Shown here: positions 39,511 to 50,669 of the stretch, in pieces
How positions within the stretch are numbered: the stretch's first letter is position 1
Layout of the letters: each line of letters opens with the position of its first letter
Source of the DNA: Oopsacas minuta
Lineage: Eukaryota; Animalia; Porifera
Reading direction: 5' to 3'
Length of the DNA: 64,000 bases
NCBI GenBank assembly: GCA_024704765.1
Contig: JAKMXF010000343.1
Span: 434,001 to 498,000 of the forward strand
The notes under the pieces: model-generated
Databases searched by the model: none
What the model saw: only the letters and a program-made list of their open reading frames with translations
What the model was told of the DNA's origin: nothing
Translations under genes and position numbers: made by a program

Positions 39511-39671
39511 AAGTTGAGGTAGATCCCACTCCCTACGAAGCTGTTAAAATAATCGGTAACAAGGCGAGAACGAGCACAAAGACAACAGATGCTGTCATGA
39601 TACAGCGATTGCTGCCATAATATTCGTCAGAGATTATGTTGTGTATGGAAAATTCATGTAAATTGGATTAG
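39511..39671 (+). pseudogene. 3' relic of a sixth galactose-3-O-sulfotransferase copy
   Basis: KVEVDPTPYEAVKIIGNK..NEHKDNRCCHDTAI...MENSCKLD* aligns with the C-termini of the array genes, with frameshifts. Confidence 0.75.
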
Positions 39672-40447
39672 AATATTTTTGCCATCTTTAGTTCAGCTCC
39701 AATAAGGAGATGCTAGATGGTATGGACGATGTGCGACGTCCGTGCGAAATCTAGCAGTCCAATTAACCTGGTTAAATATGTGACAAATGCAGAGAAATAC
39801 ATTATGCTAAAGCAACTGTTGAATAACATTATCTTGAATCAGCTAAAAATTATTCATTAAAATTTTTCCAGTTGAATCAGGGAAGGAAGTGAATTGGCTG
39901 TGTTGTGTGTTGGATATACAATCAATAATAAAGACTGATGTAATAAGGATTATTTGAGTATAAAACTCAAGGTTGTATCTTACCCTCTAAATATAGTTGT
40001 AATTATTCGATCGACATCTTCCATGGCCAAAGAGTCTATAAAGGGACAATATTCTGCATTTCTAGTGCAATTTATGCAAACAAGATTGCGTAGCTGGATA
40101 ACACTGAGTAGTAATTGCGAAATGACAGAATTTACACAAAGGACACATAAGTAGGCAAATTTGAAGCAGGTAGTGGAGCTGAAACAAATTTCCAACTAGC
40201 AGTAGCCTATGCATTCCATAATAGGTACTTTGTGATAATTAAAAATTGTCCTATCCTGTATGGATGGAAGACCATGCTACCAACATGCTGTGGATAAGTT
40301 GTGAATTTTGATACCCCACGCTTACTCAGTTGGTACTGTTATGCTATACTTTCTATGGTTGGTAACATATGTACAGCAATTTGCTATAAAAATGTTTAGA
40401 CATAGAGCACACCAGTATCAAGCTAAGATAAATCTTACAATAGAATT

Positions 40448-41713
40448 ATGTGGAAGAAAATTAAATCTGTAGTAAAAATATTTGGGATATTATCGCTTGT
40501 CGTAGTATTATTACTATTATTAGTCTCCCTTCCCTACATCAATGATAGAGGCCAGCAAAGCATATGCATTGAAAACTGCTATCAAATAATCTATTCAAAT
40601 ACAAGAGAAAGCTTTGTAGAAATAATTGATCAAAAAGATACGAACACTACATGGAGATGTGTAAATCCTGATTACATTGGTGATAATGCTAGAACTTCTG
40701 TAGCTCTACTAAAAGTACATAAAGCTGGGAGCACAACAATTGCTAGCATTCTATATCGATTTGGAATTCGTAGGAGATTAAGTTTTATAATGCAAAAGGA
40801 TGATACAATCCGATTTTGGCCAAAGACAATTGATAAAGCTTATAAAGGATTTTACCCTGCTTGTAGAGATAATAAATATGATATTCTGAATATTCACTCA
40901 AGATACAATGGTAGAGATATTCTAACTAAATATATGCGAGAAGATACGTACGTTATAGCACCTCTGAGACATCCAATGGATCAAATGATATCAGCGGTAT
41001 ATTACCACGGGTATATTAATCTCCTCGAAAAAATAAATAAAACATTTGAAGACTTCTTAGATAATCCAAATATATTAAATAAAGATACTGGAGTGGTATT
41101 GCTGACATGGAACTTAATGTCTTATGACATTGGATTAGATGATTTTGATATACCAAATGGAGTTAGCAAATCGTATCTTAAAAGTCAGCCAAAGTATATT
41201 AAGGAAATTGATAGGTTTTTAAATTGGACAGAAGAAAATATTGATTTCTTTTTGATTCGTGAGAAGTTTGATGAGTCATTGATTCTGTTGAAAGATCGGT
41301 TAGGTTGGAGAATAGAAGATTTAGTCTATTTCTCACTGAATACAGCTGCAGAGCCTCCAAAGAGGAACAGAAGGGATACGAATAGGCTTCGCATTAAAAC
41401 AGAGGAATTCTCATACATAGATTATCTACTCTATGAGAGGATGAAGCTGAAGCTGGATAGAATGATAGAGGAGAAAGGAGCTGAGTTAGAGGTAGAAGTG
41501 TCCAAACTGAGAAGTTTGAATAAGGAATTTTCAGAATATTGTCTGGAGAAAGTTGAGGTAGATTCCACTCTCTATGGAGCTGTTAAAATACTCGGTAACA
41601 AGGTGAAGAATGAGCACAAAGACAATAAGTGCTGTATCGAAACAGCGATTAGCGAAATTCCATATTCGGAAGATATCAAGAAGTTCATGGCGAATGATTG
41701 TAATTATTATTAA
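40448..41713 (+). CDS. Galactose-3-O-sulfotransferase family protein, copy A
   Basis: Type II TM anchor; 5'-PSB KVHKAGSTT; 3'-PB LRHPMDQMIS; IREKFDESLILLK (GAL3ST family). Confidence 0.9.
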   Translation: MWKKIKSVVKIFGILSLVVVLLLLLVSLPYINDRGQQSICIENCYQIIYSNTRESFVEIIDQKDTNTTWRCVNPDYIGDNARTSVALLKVHKAGSTTIASILYRFGIRRRLSFIMQKDDTIRFWPKTIDKAYKGFYPACRDNKYDILNIHSRYNGRDILTKYMREDTYVIAPLRHPMDQMISAVYYHGYINLLEKINKTFEDFLDNPNILNKDTGVVLLTWNLMSYDIGLDDFDIPNGVSKSYLKSQPKYIKEIDRFLNWTEENIDFFLIREKFDESLILLKDRLGWRIEDLVYFSLNTAAEPPKRNRRDTNRLRIKTEEFSYIDYLLYERMKLKLDRMIEEKGAELEVEVSKLRSLNKEFSEYCLEKVEVDSTLYGAVKILGNKVKNEHKDNKCCIETAISEIPYSEDIKKFMANDCNYY

Positions 41714-41737
41714 ACTATTTCATTATGTGTTTTGAAG

Positions 41738-42367
41738 GGATCTGTATATTTTGATCGAATTTTTGTAGAACTTTGATCAAATTTTCTTATGTCGAACTTT
41801 GATCGAATGATGAAAAAGGCAAATTTTGATCAAAGTTCTACTAAAATGTCTCCAGTCGAACTTTGATCGAAAAATTGTAGAATTTTGATCGAAAATGGGA
41901 ACTTTGATCGAAAATGGAGAAAATACAACAAAAAAATCCAACGATACGCCATTTTACAAAGATTAATAATAATCAATCCAAAAAACTCCATCCAATCATA
42001 AAGTTAGCATAAATTCCACACTCCCGTGCTTTAGTAGCTAATAACGAACACAAATAAATACTCCCAGAGCCATAAGGTAGCGAAATAAATCCCTAATCCC
42101 CTTGCAATGGTACTCTTTCTAATTAATAAAATATAAAGTGAGTGTGGAATTTATGCTAACTTTATGATTGGATGGAGTTTTTTGGATTGATTATTATTAA
42201 TCTTTGTAAAATGGCGTATCGTTGGATTTTTTTGTTGTATTTTCTCCATTTTCGATCAAAGTTCCCATTTTCGATCAAAATTTGCCTTTTTCATCATTCG
42301 ATCAAAGTTCGACATAAGAAATTTTGATTAAAGTTCTACAAAAAATTCGATCAAAATATACAGATAC
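41738..42367. mobile_element. Foldback-type long-TIR element
   Basis: Arms 41738-42023 and 42140-42367 are inverted around a 116-bp spacer; multiple GAACTTTGATCGAA-type motifs; exact 8-bp TSD TTTTGAAG. Confidence 0.85.
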
Positions 42368-43093
42368 TTTTGAAGTTAAGAGCATACACATGTACATATT
42401 AAAATGCATAAAGGAAGTCTGGAAAAGTATATTACACATCTACTATATTATTAAATCTCAATTCTTGTCTATGTGTGTTTCTTTGTCAGTTTGTCCGTTG
42501 TCAAGGAAAGGATTTAAGGTATGCTCTTTTGAGTTGAATTTCTCAATTCAAAGTTGTCGCATAAATATGTGCGTATTTATCCGTTTACCAACAAAATAAA
42601 AATAATTCAATAAAGCTTGAATAAATAAATATTTCACACTTCTGGATTAATCATTTGTAAATTGATTTGTTGTTTTTATGAATATAATGTAAACAAATAA
42701 TAGGAAATCTCAAAGTATGTCTCAACTTGCTCTCAACAGGGACGGGTAACAAAGGTGGAATACGAATTTCGCATTTCATGTTTCTTATATGTAAATTTAT
42801 TGTTATTGTTATGATACATAGAGTAAAAGTATAAACCTGAATGCTGGATCTGACCTAATTACTACCCGAAGGGGCTGTAAATTTGGATAATAAGGGATAC
42901 CTCTAGTAGGAGCAAAGCGATGGGCAAAATAGTTGTAATTATGAATAACGAATTTTGACAAATATATCTTCATCATATTTAAGCATCATTCGATAATTGG
43001 TAAGTAAGGCTCAGAACTTTGTACATTTAGCAACCTTCTGCGCACAATAATCTTGGGTAGAAATTCACCAATTAGTATACTATTAAGAATAAT

Positions 43094-43174
43094 AAAACCT
43101 CAAATCATCGTCTGTGCTGACTTAAAATTGTATTGAGGAAATTTAAGTCGGCACAGAAGATGATTTGAGATTTT
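43094..43174. repeat. Short hairpin / mini inverted repeat
   Basis: CTCAAATCATCGTCTGTGCTGACTTAAA versus TTTAAGTCGGCACAGAAGATGATTTGAG (26/28); a related half site lies at about 50020-50057. Confidence 0.7.
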
Positions 43175-43253
43175 TAGAACTGAGTGAGGATGTAATAGTA
43201 TTAGTCAGCATAGTAAAAATATACACAGTAACTTATAAACAATATTTGAAAAT

Positions 43254-44594
43254 TCAATCCAATCCACAAGAATTAGCCATATATTTCTTAATTTCTCCAA
43301 CATACTGCAACTCATTGAGGGCCGTCTGATGACAGCACTTATTGTCTTTGTGCTCATTCTTCACCTTGTTACCGAGTATTTTAACAGCTCCATAGAGAGT
43401 GGGATCTACCTCAACTTTCTCCAGACAATATTCTGAAAATTCCTTATTCAAACTTCTCAGTTTGGACACTTCTACCTCTAACTCAGCTCCTTTCTCCTCT
43501 ATCATTCTATCCAGCTTCAGCTTCATCCTCTCATAGAGTAGATAATCTATGTATGAGAATTCCTCTGTTTTAATGCGAAGCCTATTCGTATCCCTTCTGT
43601 TTCTTTTTGGAGGCTCTGCAGCTGCATTCAGTGAGAAATAGACTAAATCTTCTATTCTCCAACCTAACCGATCTTTCAACAGAATCAATGACTCATCAAA
43701 CTTCTCACGAATCAAAAAGAAATCAATATTTTCTTCTGTCCAGTTTAAAAACCTATCAATTTCCTTAATATACTTTGGTTTACTTATAAGATACGACTTT
43801 TTAGATCCTTTTGGTATATCAAAATCATCTAATCCAATAACACTAGACATTGAGTTCCACATCAATCTCATTGCAAGAGGATCGTTGGTTAATATATTAG
43901 GATTGTCTAAGAATTCCTCAATTGTTTTACCCATCTTTTTGAGTTTATTAATATACCCGTAGTAATATAGCCCTGACATCATTTGATCCATTGGATGTCT
44001 CAGAGGTGCTATAACGTACGTATCCTCTCGCATATAATTAGTTAGAATATCTCTACCATTGTATCTTGAGTGAATATTCAGAATATCATATTTATCATCT
44101 CTACAAGCAGGGTAAAATCCTTTATAAGCTTTATCAATTGTCTTTGGCCAAAATTGATGTGTATTATCCTTTTGCATTATAAAACTTAATCTTCTACGAA
44201 TTCCAAATCGATATAGAATGCTAGCAATTGTTGTACTCCCAGCTTTATGTACTTTTAGTAGAGCTACAGAAGTTCTAGCATTATCACCAATGTAATCAGG
44301 ATTTACACATCTCCATGTAGTGTTCTCTTGCTCTGGATCATTTATATGTACAATACTTTCTTGTGTTACATTCGTTACGTTATGTTCATATCCATGTATT
44401 TGTACAACAATGCTTCCATTTGTGTTGTGTACAACTGATTGATGTATTGTATGATCCTCCTCATTTCCATGTATATCTTGTTGTTTGGCTTTTCTGAGAA
44501 AATGAAGGGCAGATAAAGTTAACAACATGATAACAATAACTAGTAAGAGATACCATCTGAGTTTTGATGTGGCTACTGGTGTTGACTTTTCCAT
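43254..44594 (-). CDS. Galactose-3-O-sulfotransferase family protein, copy B
   Basis: Likely start MEKSTP at 44594; same motifs as copy A. Confidence 0.9.
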   Translation of the reverse strand: MEKSTPVATSKLRWYLLLVIVIMLLTLSALHFLRKAKQQDIHGNEEDHTIHQSVVHNTNGSIVVQIHGYEHNVTNVTQESIVHINDPEQENTTWRCVNPDYIGDNARTSVALLKVHKAGSTTIASILYRFGIRRRLSFIMQKDNTHQFWPKTIDKAYKGFYPACRDDKYDILNIHSRYNGRDILTNYMREDTYVIAPLRHPMDQMMSGLYYYGYINKLKKMGKTIEEFLDNPNILTNDPLAMRLMWNSMSSVIGLDDFDIPKGSKKSYLISKPKYIKEIDRFLNWTEENIDFFLIREKFDESLILLKDRLGWRIEDLVYFSLNAAAEPPKRNRRDTNRLRIKTEEFSYIDYLLYERMKLKLDRMIEEKGAELEVEVSKLRSLNKEFSEYCLEKVEVDPTLYGAVKILGNKVKNEHKDNKCCHQTALNELQYVGEIKKYMANSCGLD

Positions 44595-45822
44595 TAAGTA
44601 ATTAATGTATTTGATTATAACAGTTGCTTCCGTATATTGGAACGCTATATAGCAATTAATATAGTTGGGAACAACCAAATACATTCAAATATGACGTAGT
44701 GAAGAACGATTGTTTTGATGGGAGAAATTTTAAAGGGCTTCGCAATGCAATGGAGGCTGCCTCAGACTTGCTAGGCATAATAACTATCGGTAGATTTTCG
44801 GGCTACTGATAATTATTGGGTCCAGGTCTCCCATGGTGATGCAGCCAAATTGTACATTTATCAAATAAAAATAATTCTGGAATAAATACAACAAAAATTT
44901 GATGTATTGAATATTTTTTTCCTTAAATACTTGTAGACGCCTGGACAGCCTGGTGTACAATCAGTCAGCTCGTGTTATTAACTTATTATACGCCGCGTCG
45001 GCTGTTTCGTCGTCAATTGCGTAACTAGAATTGATTGCCTCCTCGTTTTTTCGGTCGTTGCCCCATTTCCCTATTGTGTTCGACTGTTAGCCATTTATTG
45101 AGGCAATTATTCATCCTTGGTTCTTCGCTCTGAGATCTCTGGTTGCGCCATACCTGTACATTTACTTAAATAGTTGAATTTTTACGTTGTTTTTGGGCAT
45201 TTCAAAATGGATTCTCCGCCGACTCGTAGGCCTAAACTTCCCGATAAATTCTATATAGGGCTCTGATTCTTATATATTGTAATTTGACATTATGAATTCA
45301 ATTACTAGAATATTCAAATCAATGCTATTATAATGCAATATACATATTGGAAACCAGGATTGGAGCCATAAATGAAACTATTAGCAGAATAGAATGGTAG
45401 ATTATACTAGCAATGATTCACATGAATAATATTAAAACAAAGGCGACATATGAATTCAAATCGCGAAACGAACAAGACTGAAATGCTTGCATTTAAGTAT
45501 ATAGCATGGCATAAATCCCGGTGATGGAGGGCTATATCCCAATCGGTTTGAGGAATATTGGAGATTTCTGATTTACAATACCAAATTATCAAATTTCGAA
45601 TCAAGTTTCCACTGTTAATGGGAATTTGATAATAAAGTTTGAGCGAATATATATTAACGCAAAATCTTGAAATATAATGTTACATATTTGCTGCAAAAAA
45701 TGTAGTATTTTACAAAAATTTTCGAAAAATAATGATAAAGTTACATAACCAGAGGTAACCTAAACTGTTAATCATATTTCAATTTAGATATTAGGAAATA
45801 TACCAAATCGAGAGTAATCCGT

Positions 45823-47118
45823 TTAATTCAATTTACAAGAATTATTCATATAAGCCTTAACTTCATTAAGTAATGATTTCTCTTCAATCGCTGTTTCAAT
45901 ACAACATCTATCATTTTTTCGCTCATTCTTCAACTTATTGCTAAGTATATTTACAGCTCCGAGAAGGTTTGGATCTACCTCAACTTTATCCAGACAATAT
46001 TCTGAAAATTCCTTATTCAAACTTCTCAGTTTGGACACTTCTACCTCTAACTCAGTTCCTTTCTCCTCTATCATTCTATCCAGCTTCAGCTTCATCCTCT
46101 CATAGAGTAGATAATCTATGTATGAGAATTCCTCTGTTTTAATGCGAAGCCTATTCGTATCCCTTCTGTTCCTCTTTGGAGGCTCTGCAGCTGTATTCAG
46201 TGAGAAATAGACTAAATCTTCTATTCTCCAACCTAACCGATCTTTCAACAGAATCAATGACTCATCAAACTTCTCACGAATCAAAAAGAAATCAATATTT
46301 TCTTCTGTCCAATTTAAAAACCTATCAATTTCCTTCACAAATCTTGATTGACTTGTAAGATACGATTTTTTAACACCTTTTGGTATATTAAATAGACTTA
46401 ATCCGAGATCATAGGACATTGAGTTCCACATCAGCCTCATCACATCAGGATTTTTATCTGTTAACATATTAGGATAGTTTAAGAAGTCTTCGATTGTTTT
46501 TCCCATTCTTTCTAGGCGATTAACATATCCAAAGAAATTTAACGCTGATATCATTTGATCCATTGGATGTCTCAGAGGTGCTATAACGTACGTATCCTCT
46601 CGCATATATTTAGTTAGGATATCTCTACCATTGTATCTTGAGTGAATAGTCAGAATATCATATTTATTATCTCTACAAGCAGGGTAAAATCCTCTATAAA
46701 CATTATCAATAGTGTTAGGCCAAAATTGATAAAGTTTAGACTTTTTAGGCATTATAAAACTTAACCCTCTACGAATTCCAAATCGATATAGAATGCTTCC
46801 AATTGTTGAACTCCCAGTTTTATGTACTTTTAGTAGAGCTACAGAAGTTCTAGCATTATCACCAATGTAATCAGGATTTACACATCTCCATGTAGTGTTC
46901 TCTTGCTCTGTACCGTTAGGTTTAGGAATTTCTACTATGGTGTTCGTTGTATTTGTTACAACCGTTACATTCGAATTATTTGATTGATGTAAATGCTTAT
47001 CGTGTTTGTCCTCCTGTTTGATTTTTCTGACCAAATGAAGTGCAGATAAAGTTAGCAACACGACTATTATCCCTAATAATATCCACCATTTCATTCCAAA
47101 TTTAATAGATTTTTCCAT
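45823..47118 (-). CDS. Galactose-3-O-sulfotransferase family protein, copy C
   Basis: KVHKTGSST, LRHPMDQMIS; intact ORF. Confidence 0.9.
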   Translation of the reverse strand: MEKSIKFGMKWWILLGIIVVLLTLSALHLVRKIKQEDKHDKHLHQSNNSNVTVVTNTTNTIVEIPKPNGTEQENTTWRCVNPDYIGDNARTSVALLKVHKTGSSTIGSILYRFGIRRGLSFIMPKKSKLYQFWPNTIDNVYRGFYPACRDNKYDILTIHSRYNGRDILTKYMREDTYVIAPLRHPMDQMISALNFFGYVNRLERMGKTIEDFLNYPNMLTDKNPDVMRLMWNSMSYDLGLSLFNIPKGVKKSYLTSQSRFVKEIDRFLNWTEENIDFFLIREKFDESLILLKDRLGWRIEDLVYFSLNTAAEPPKRNRRDTNRLRIKTEEFSYIDYLLYERMKLKLDRMIEEKGTELEVEVSKLRSLNKEFSEYCLDKVEVDPNLLGAVNILSNKLKNERKNDRCCIETAIEEKSLLNEVKAYMNNSCKLN

Positions 47119-48015
47119 AATTTAGTTACCAAGTTAATGCAGATACACAAATAAAAGTATAAGAATAATACATCCTGATGTGATTTGGATTCTTATGAGT
47201 GTATCTATTATTATTATCATACTGTTATACATCTGCCTATATTTCCCTTTTGCTTGTTTATTCATCTCTATTCTGCAGTATACGAGTATTTGATGAAGTA
47301 ATATAATACTTTGGAAATCTTGTCTTGTTTAGTGAACTTCCTGAGTTATACTCTTCTATATCATTAATGTATAGGTTAAAATACGAGGATACTCAGGAAA
47401 CTCTGGAGAGTTTGTTGTATTGTCCACGTTTCAACACTTTATCTTGGACATATGAGTTTTGGCGTCTGCTGGCTTGGATATTGGAGGTTCAGGCAACAAT
47501 TTGAAGACTAGCATATATATATTTGGCATAATATACCCATAATACCTCTAAAGGACAGGTTTGTAAAACCTATAGTTTGGTAGGATTTCCGGACTCTTAT
47601 AAAATGATGATAATTCATATATTAATAATAATATTTAGAGAATTTGTTAGTCACTCGGGAAAGCACAGCGAAAGCAAAATGAAAGTAGTACGGAATTTTC
47701 CATAGATACGTCTTGATTCATATAAAATGGAGCAGCAAACAAACACATGCCATACATTCAATATAGGTTTCAGCAGAAAAAGTCGTGCGGCAATTGCCAG
47801 ACCGGCTCCACTGGCCAGTTGGGACTATGTGATAACCACCTTGAAATTCCACTTTTAATTGATCAAAACAGCTTTTAGAAAGCGCCAGATTGTATTATAT
47901 GGTAAACAGACTTAAGCCTGTTCGTGGAGATAAGACCAGTGGAAATAAGCGGATGCATAATGTATCATCTTTTGTTAATATAAGTAATGATTTGCATAAT
48001 ATATGAGTACGTAAT

Positions 48016-49278
48016 TTAAAACCTTACACAAGATTTCTTCATATATTTCTTAACTTCTTCCACATATGGTAACTCATTAATAGCTGTCTCATGGCAACAG
48101 ATATCATCTCTTCGAACATCCTTTACCCTATTGTCAAGTATATTTACAGCTCCATAGAGAGTGGGATCTATCTCAACATTATCCAGACAATATTCTGAAA
48201 ATTCCTTATTCAAACTTCTCAGTTTGGACACTTCTACCTCTAACTCAGCTCCTTTCTCCTCTATCATTCTATCCAGCTTCAGCTTCATCCTCTCATAGAG
48301 TAGATAATCTATGTATGAGAATTCCTCTGTTTTAATGCGAAGCCTATTCGTATCCCTTCTGTTCCTCTTTGGAGGCTCTGCAGCTGTATTCAGTGAGAAA
48401 TAGACTAAATCTTCTATTCTCCAACCTAACCGATCTTTCAACAGAATCAATGACTCATCAAACTTCTCACGAATCAAAAAGAAATCAATATTTTCTTCTG
48501 TCCAATTTAAAAACCTATCAATTTCCTTAATATACTTTGGTGTACTTATAAGATACGACTTTTTAGATCCTTTTGGTATATCAAAATCATCTAGTCCGAT
48601 AACACTAGACATTGAGTTCCACACCAATCTCATTACAAGAGGATCGTTGGTTAATATATTAGGATTGTCTAAGAATTCCTCAATTGTTTTACCCATCTTT
48701 TTGAGTTTATTAATATACCCGTAGTAATTTAGCCCTGACATCATTTGATCCATTGGATGTCTTAGAGGTGCTATAACGTACGTATCCTCTCGCATATATT
48801 TAGTTAGAATATCTCTACCATTGTATCTTGAGTGAATATTCAGAATATCATATTTATCATCTCTACAAGCTGGGTAAAATCCTTTATAAGCTTTATCAAT
48901 TGTCTTTGGCCAAAATTGATGTGTATTATCCTTTTGCATTATAAAACTTAATCTTCTACGAATTCCAAATCGATATAGAATGCTAGCAATTGTTGTACTC
49001 CCAGCTTTATGTACTTTTAGTAGAGCTACAGAAGTTCTAGCATTATCACCAATGTAATCAGGATTTACACATCTCCATCTAGTGTTCTCTATATATTGTA
49101 TTCCTACAGTACTCTTTGCTGTAATGGTTACATTAGTATCACTTGGATAATACCATTGTCCATATAAGATGTCTTCCTGGTTAACTTTTTTGAGGAAATG
49201 GAATTTGTTTAAAGTTAGCAAAAATATTAGTAGAAATAATAGTATAAAAATCAGCTTTTTGATGTTTGAATTTTTCAT
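48016..49278 (-). CDS. Galactose-3-O-sulfotransferase family protein, copy D
   Basis: KVHKAGSTT, LRHPMDQMMS; intact ORF. Confidence 0.9.
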   Translation of the reverse strand: MKNSNIKKLIFILLFLLIFLLTLNKFHFLKKVNQEDILYGQWYYPSDTNVTITAKSTVGIQYIENTRWRCVNPDYIGDNARTSVALLKVHKAGSTTIASILYRFGIRRRLSFIMQKDNTHQFWPKTIDKAYKGFYPACRDDKYDILNIHSRYNGRDILTKYMREDTYVIAPLRHPMDQMMSGLNYYGYINKLKKMGKTIEEFLDNPNILTNDPLVMRLVWNSMSSVIGLDDFDIPKGSKKSYLISTPKYIKEIDRFLNWTEENIDFFLIREKFDESLILLKDRLGWRIEDLVYFSLNTAAEPPKRNRRDTNRLRIKTEEFSYIDYLLYERMKLKLDRMIEEKGAELEVEVSKLRSLNKEFSEYCLDNVEIDPTLYGAVNILDNRVKDVRRDDICCHETAINELPYVEEVKKYMKKSCVRF

Positions 49279-49919
49279 ATTTTACTATAGAATTGCTCTT
49301 TCTATACATATTCTTATCTCTTTGTACTCTATGTATGGTAATACAATAAATCAATCCAATGTGCATTATTCCGGTCTAGAATTTCTTTTTCGACATTTCT
49401 TGAACAAACGTACGAAAGGCGAGACCAAAGCTTAATGAGAATAGAGGGATTACTTTCCTAGATATCTGGACCACGCACACACAGTGCTACTAAACACATC
49501 AGAATCTATAATATATGAAGAGTTATGAGTGAAATTATAGCCTTTATTCACAGATTTAGTTGAAAATCAAGAGTTTTAATACTTGGCACGGGCAAAGAAT
49601 GAAAAATCTTGTTTCGAAAATTATCTTCTTAGTCTTAATTGACACAAATAAAAACTACAATATTTGAAGTAGTGAGTTACATAATTATAATGCTAATGGG
49701 AAAATACAAACTCAACACATATATATGATGGTAATAAAGAAAAAAATGGAAATACTTAGAAAAAACTGTTAAATTTTCTATCAAATTGCTAATGTGCGTA
49801 GCGTAAGCCGCGAATAGTAGAGGGAATGAATCGCGAACAACAAAACAAAACACAAAATATCATCCGCGAATTGTCGAAAGCGCGAACGGCGAGGACTGCC
49901 TGTATACGTATTACAGATA

Positions 49920-50564
49920 GGTAAGTAGCCACAAATAATATAAGAGAAGCGAAGCCAGTATTATAATCTCATAAAAGTAGATTCCATCCCAATTTTTGTG
50001 GATTAAACTTTTTAGGTTTCAAAAATCTAAAATCAGCGTCTGTGCCGACTTAAATTTTACCAAATTTTAGCAAAGAAAGATAAAATTGAATTTTATAATC
50101 TTGTTAGACAGTTAATAATGTCAAAATAGGATTATACGTCCCTGTTTATCCCTATTTAACAAGTGGAAGCTAATCTCTAGGATAATTTTGAAATGTTCAC
50201 CAAAAGGTGTAAAATATGATTAATCACATGATAACTTTGTATATATATATAATACAATGTATATAGATCACTTGAATCACAGTCTACAATCAATACAAAA
50301 TACATTACAATGCTAATTAAATGACATAAACTCCACCAGAACTAATCTTATGCACTTACGCCTAATTGTAAACCCTACAATCTGATTGGGCTAAAAGGTG
50401 TCAAAAGGTGTGAAAATATACAGATTTAAAATTTTTCTAATATGTATATTTGAATTCAGATTTTTTAACCTTGAAAGTTCAATCCACACAATTGGGGTCT
50501 GATTTTACTTTTAGGAGATATATTAACTGGCTTTCTTCTGAATTCGTTTGTCGGCTACTTTCCC
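49920..50564. mobile_element. Old long-TIR non-autonomous element
   Basis: About 140-bp degenerate inverted arms (GGTAAGTAGCC...GAAGCCAGT...CTCATAAAAGTA...TTGTGGATT versus their complement at about 50425-50564); no TSD identified. Confidence 0.6.
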
Positions 50565-50669
50565 ATCCCTATTACAGTGTATGTACTTAAAATGTTACCA
50601 TGATAGTATCACAAACTATAAGAAATATTAAAATTAGGAAGACACATATGTATACGTTTCAGTAGGAAA

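Noticed and set aside
41820-42320. Repeated GAACTTTGATCGAA units as a CRISPR-like array
   Set aside because: Irregular spacing, no unique spacers, eukaryotic context; explained as modular TIRs.
47330-47420. YFNLYINDIE on the minus strand, like a LINE reverse-transcriptase motif
   Set aside because: A single short motif with no YADD or other RT motifs in frame.
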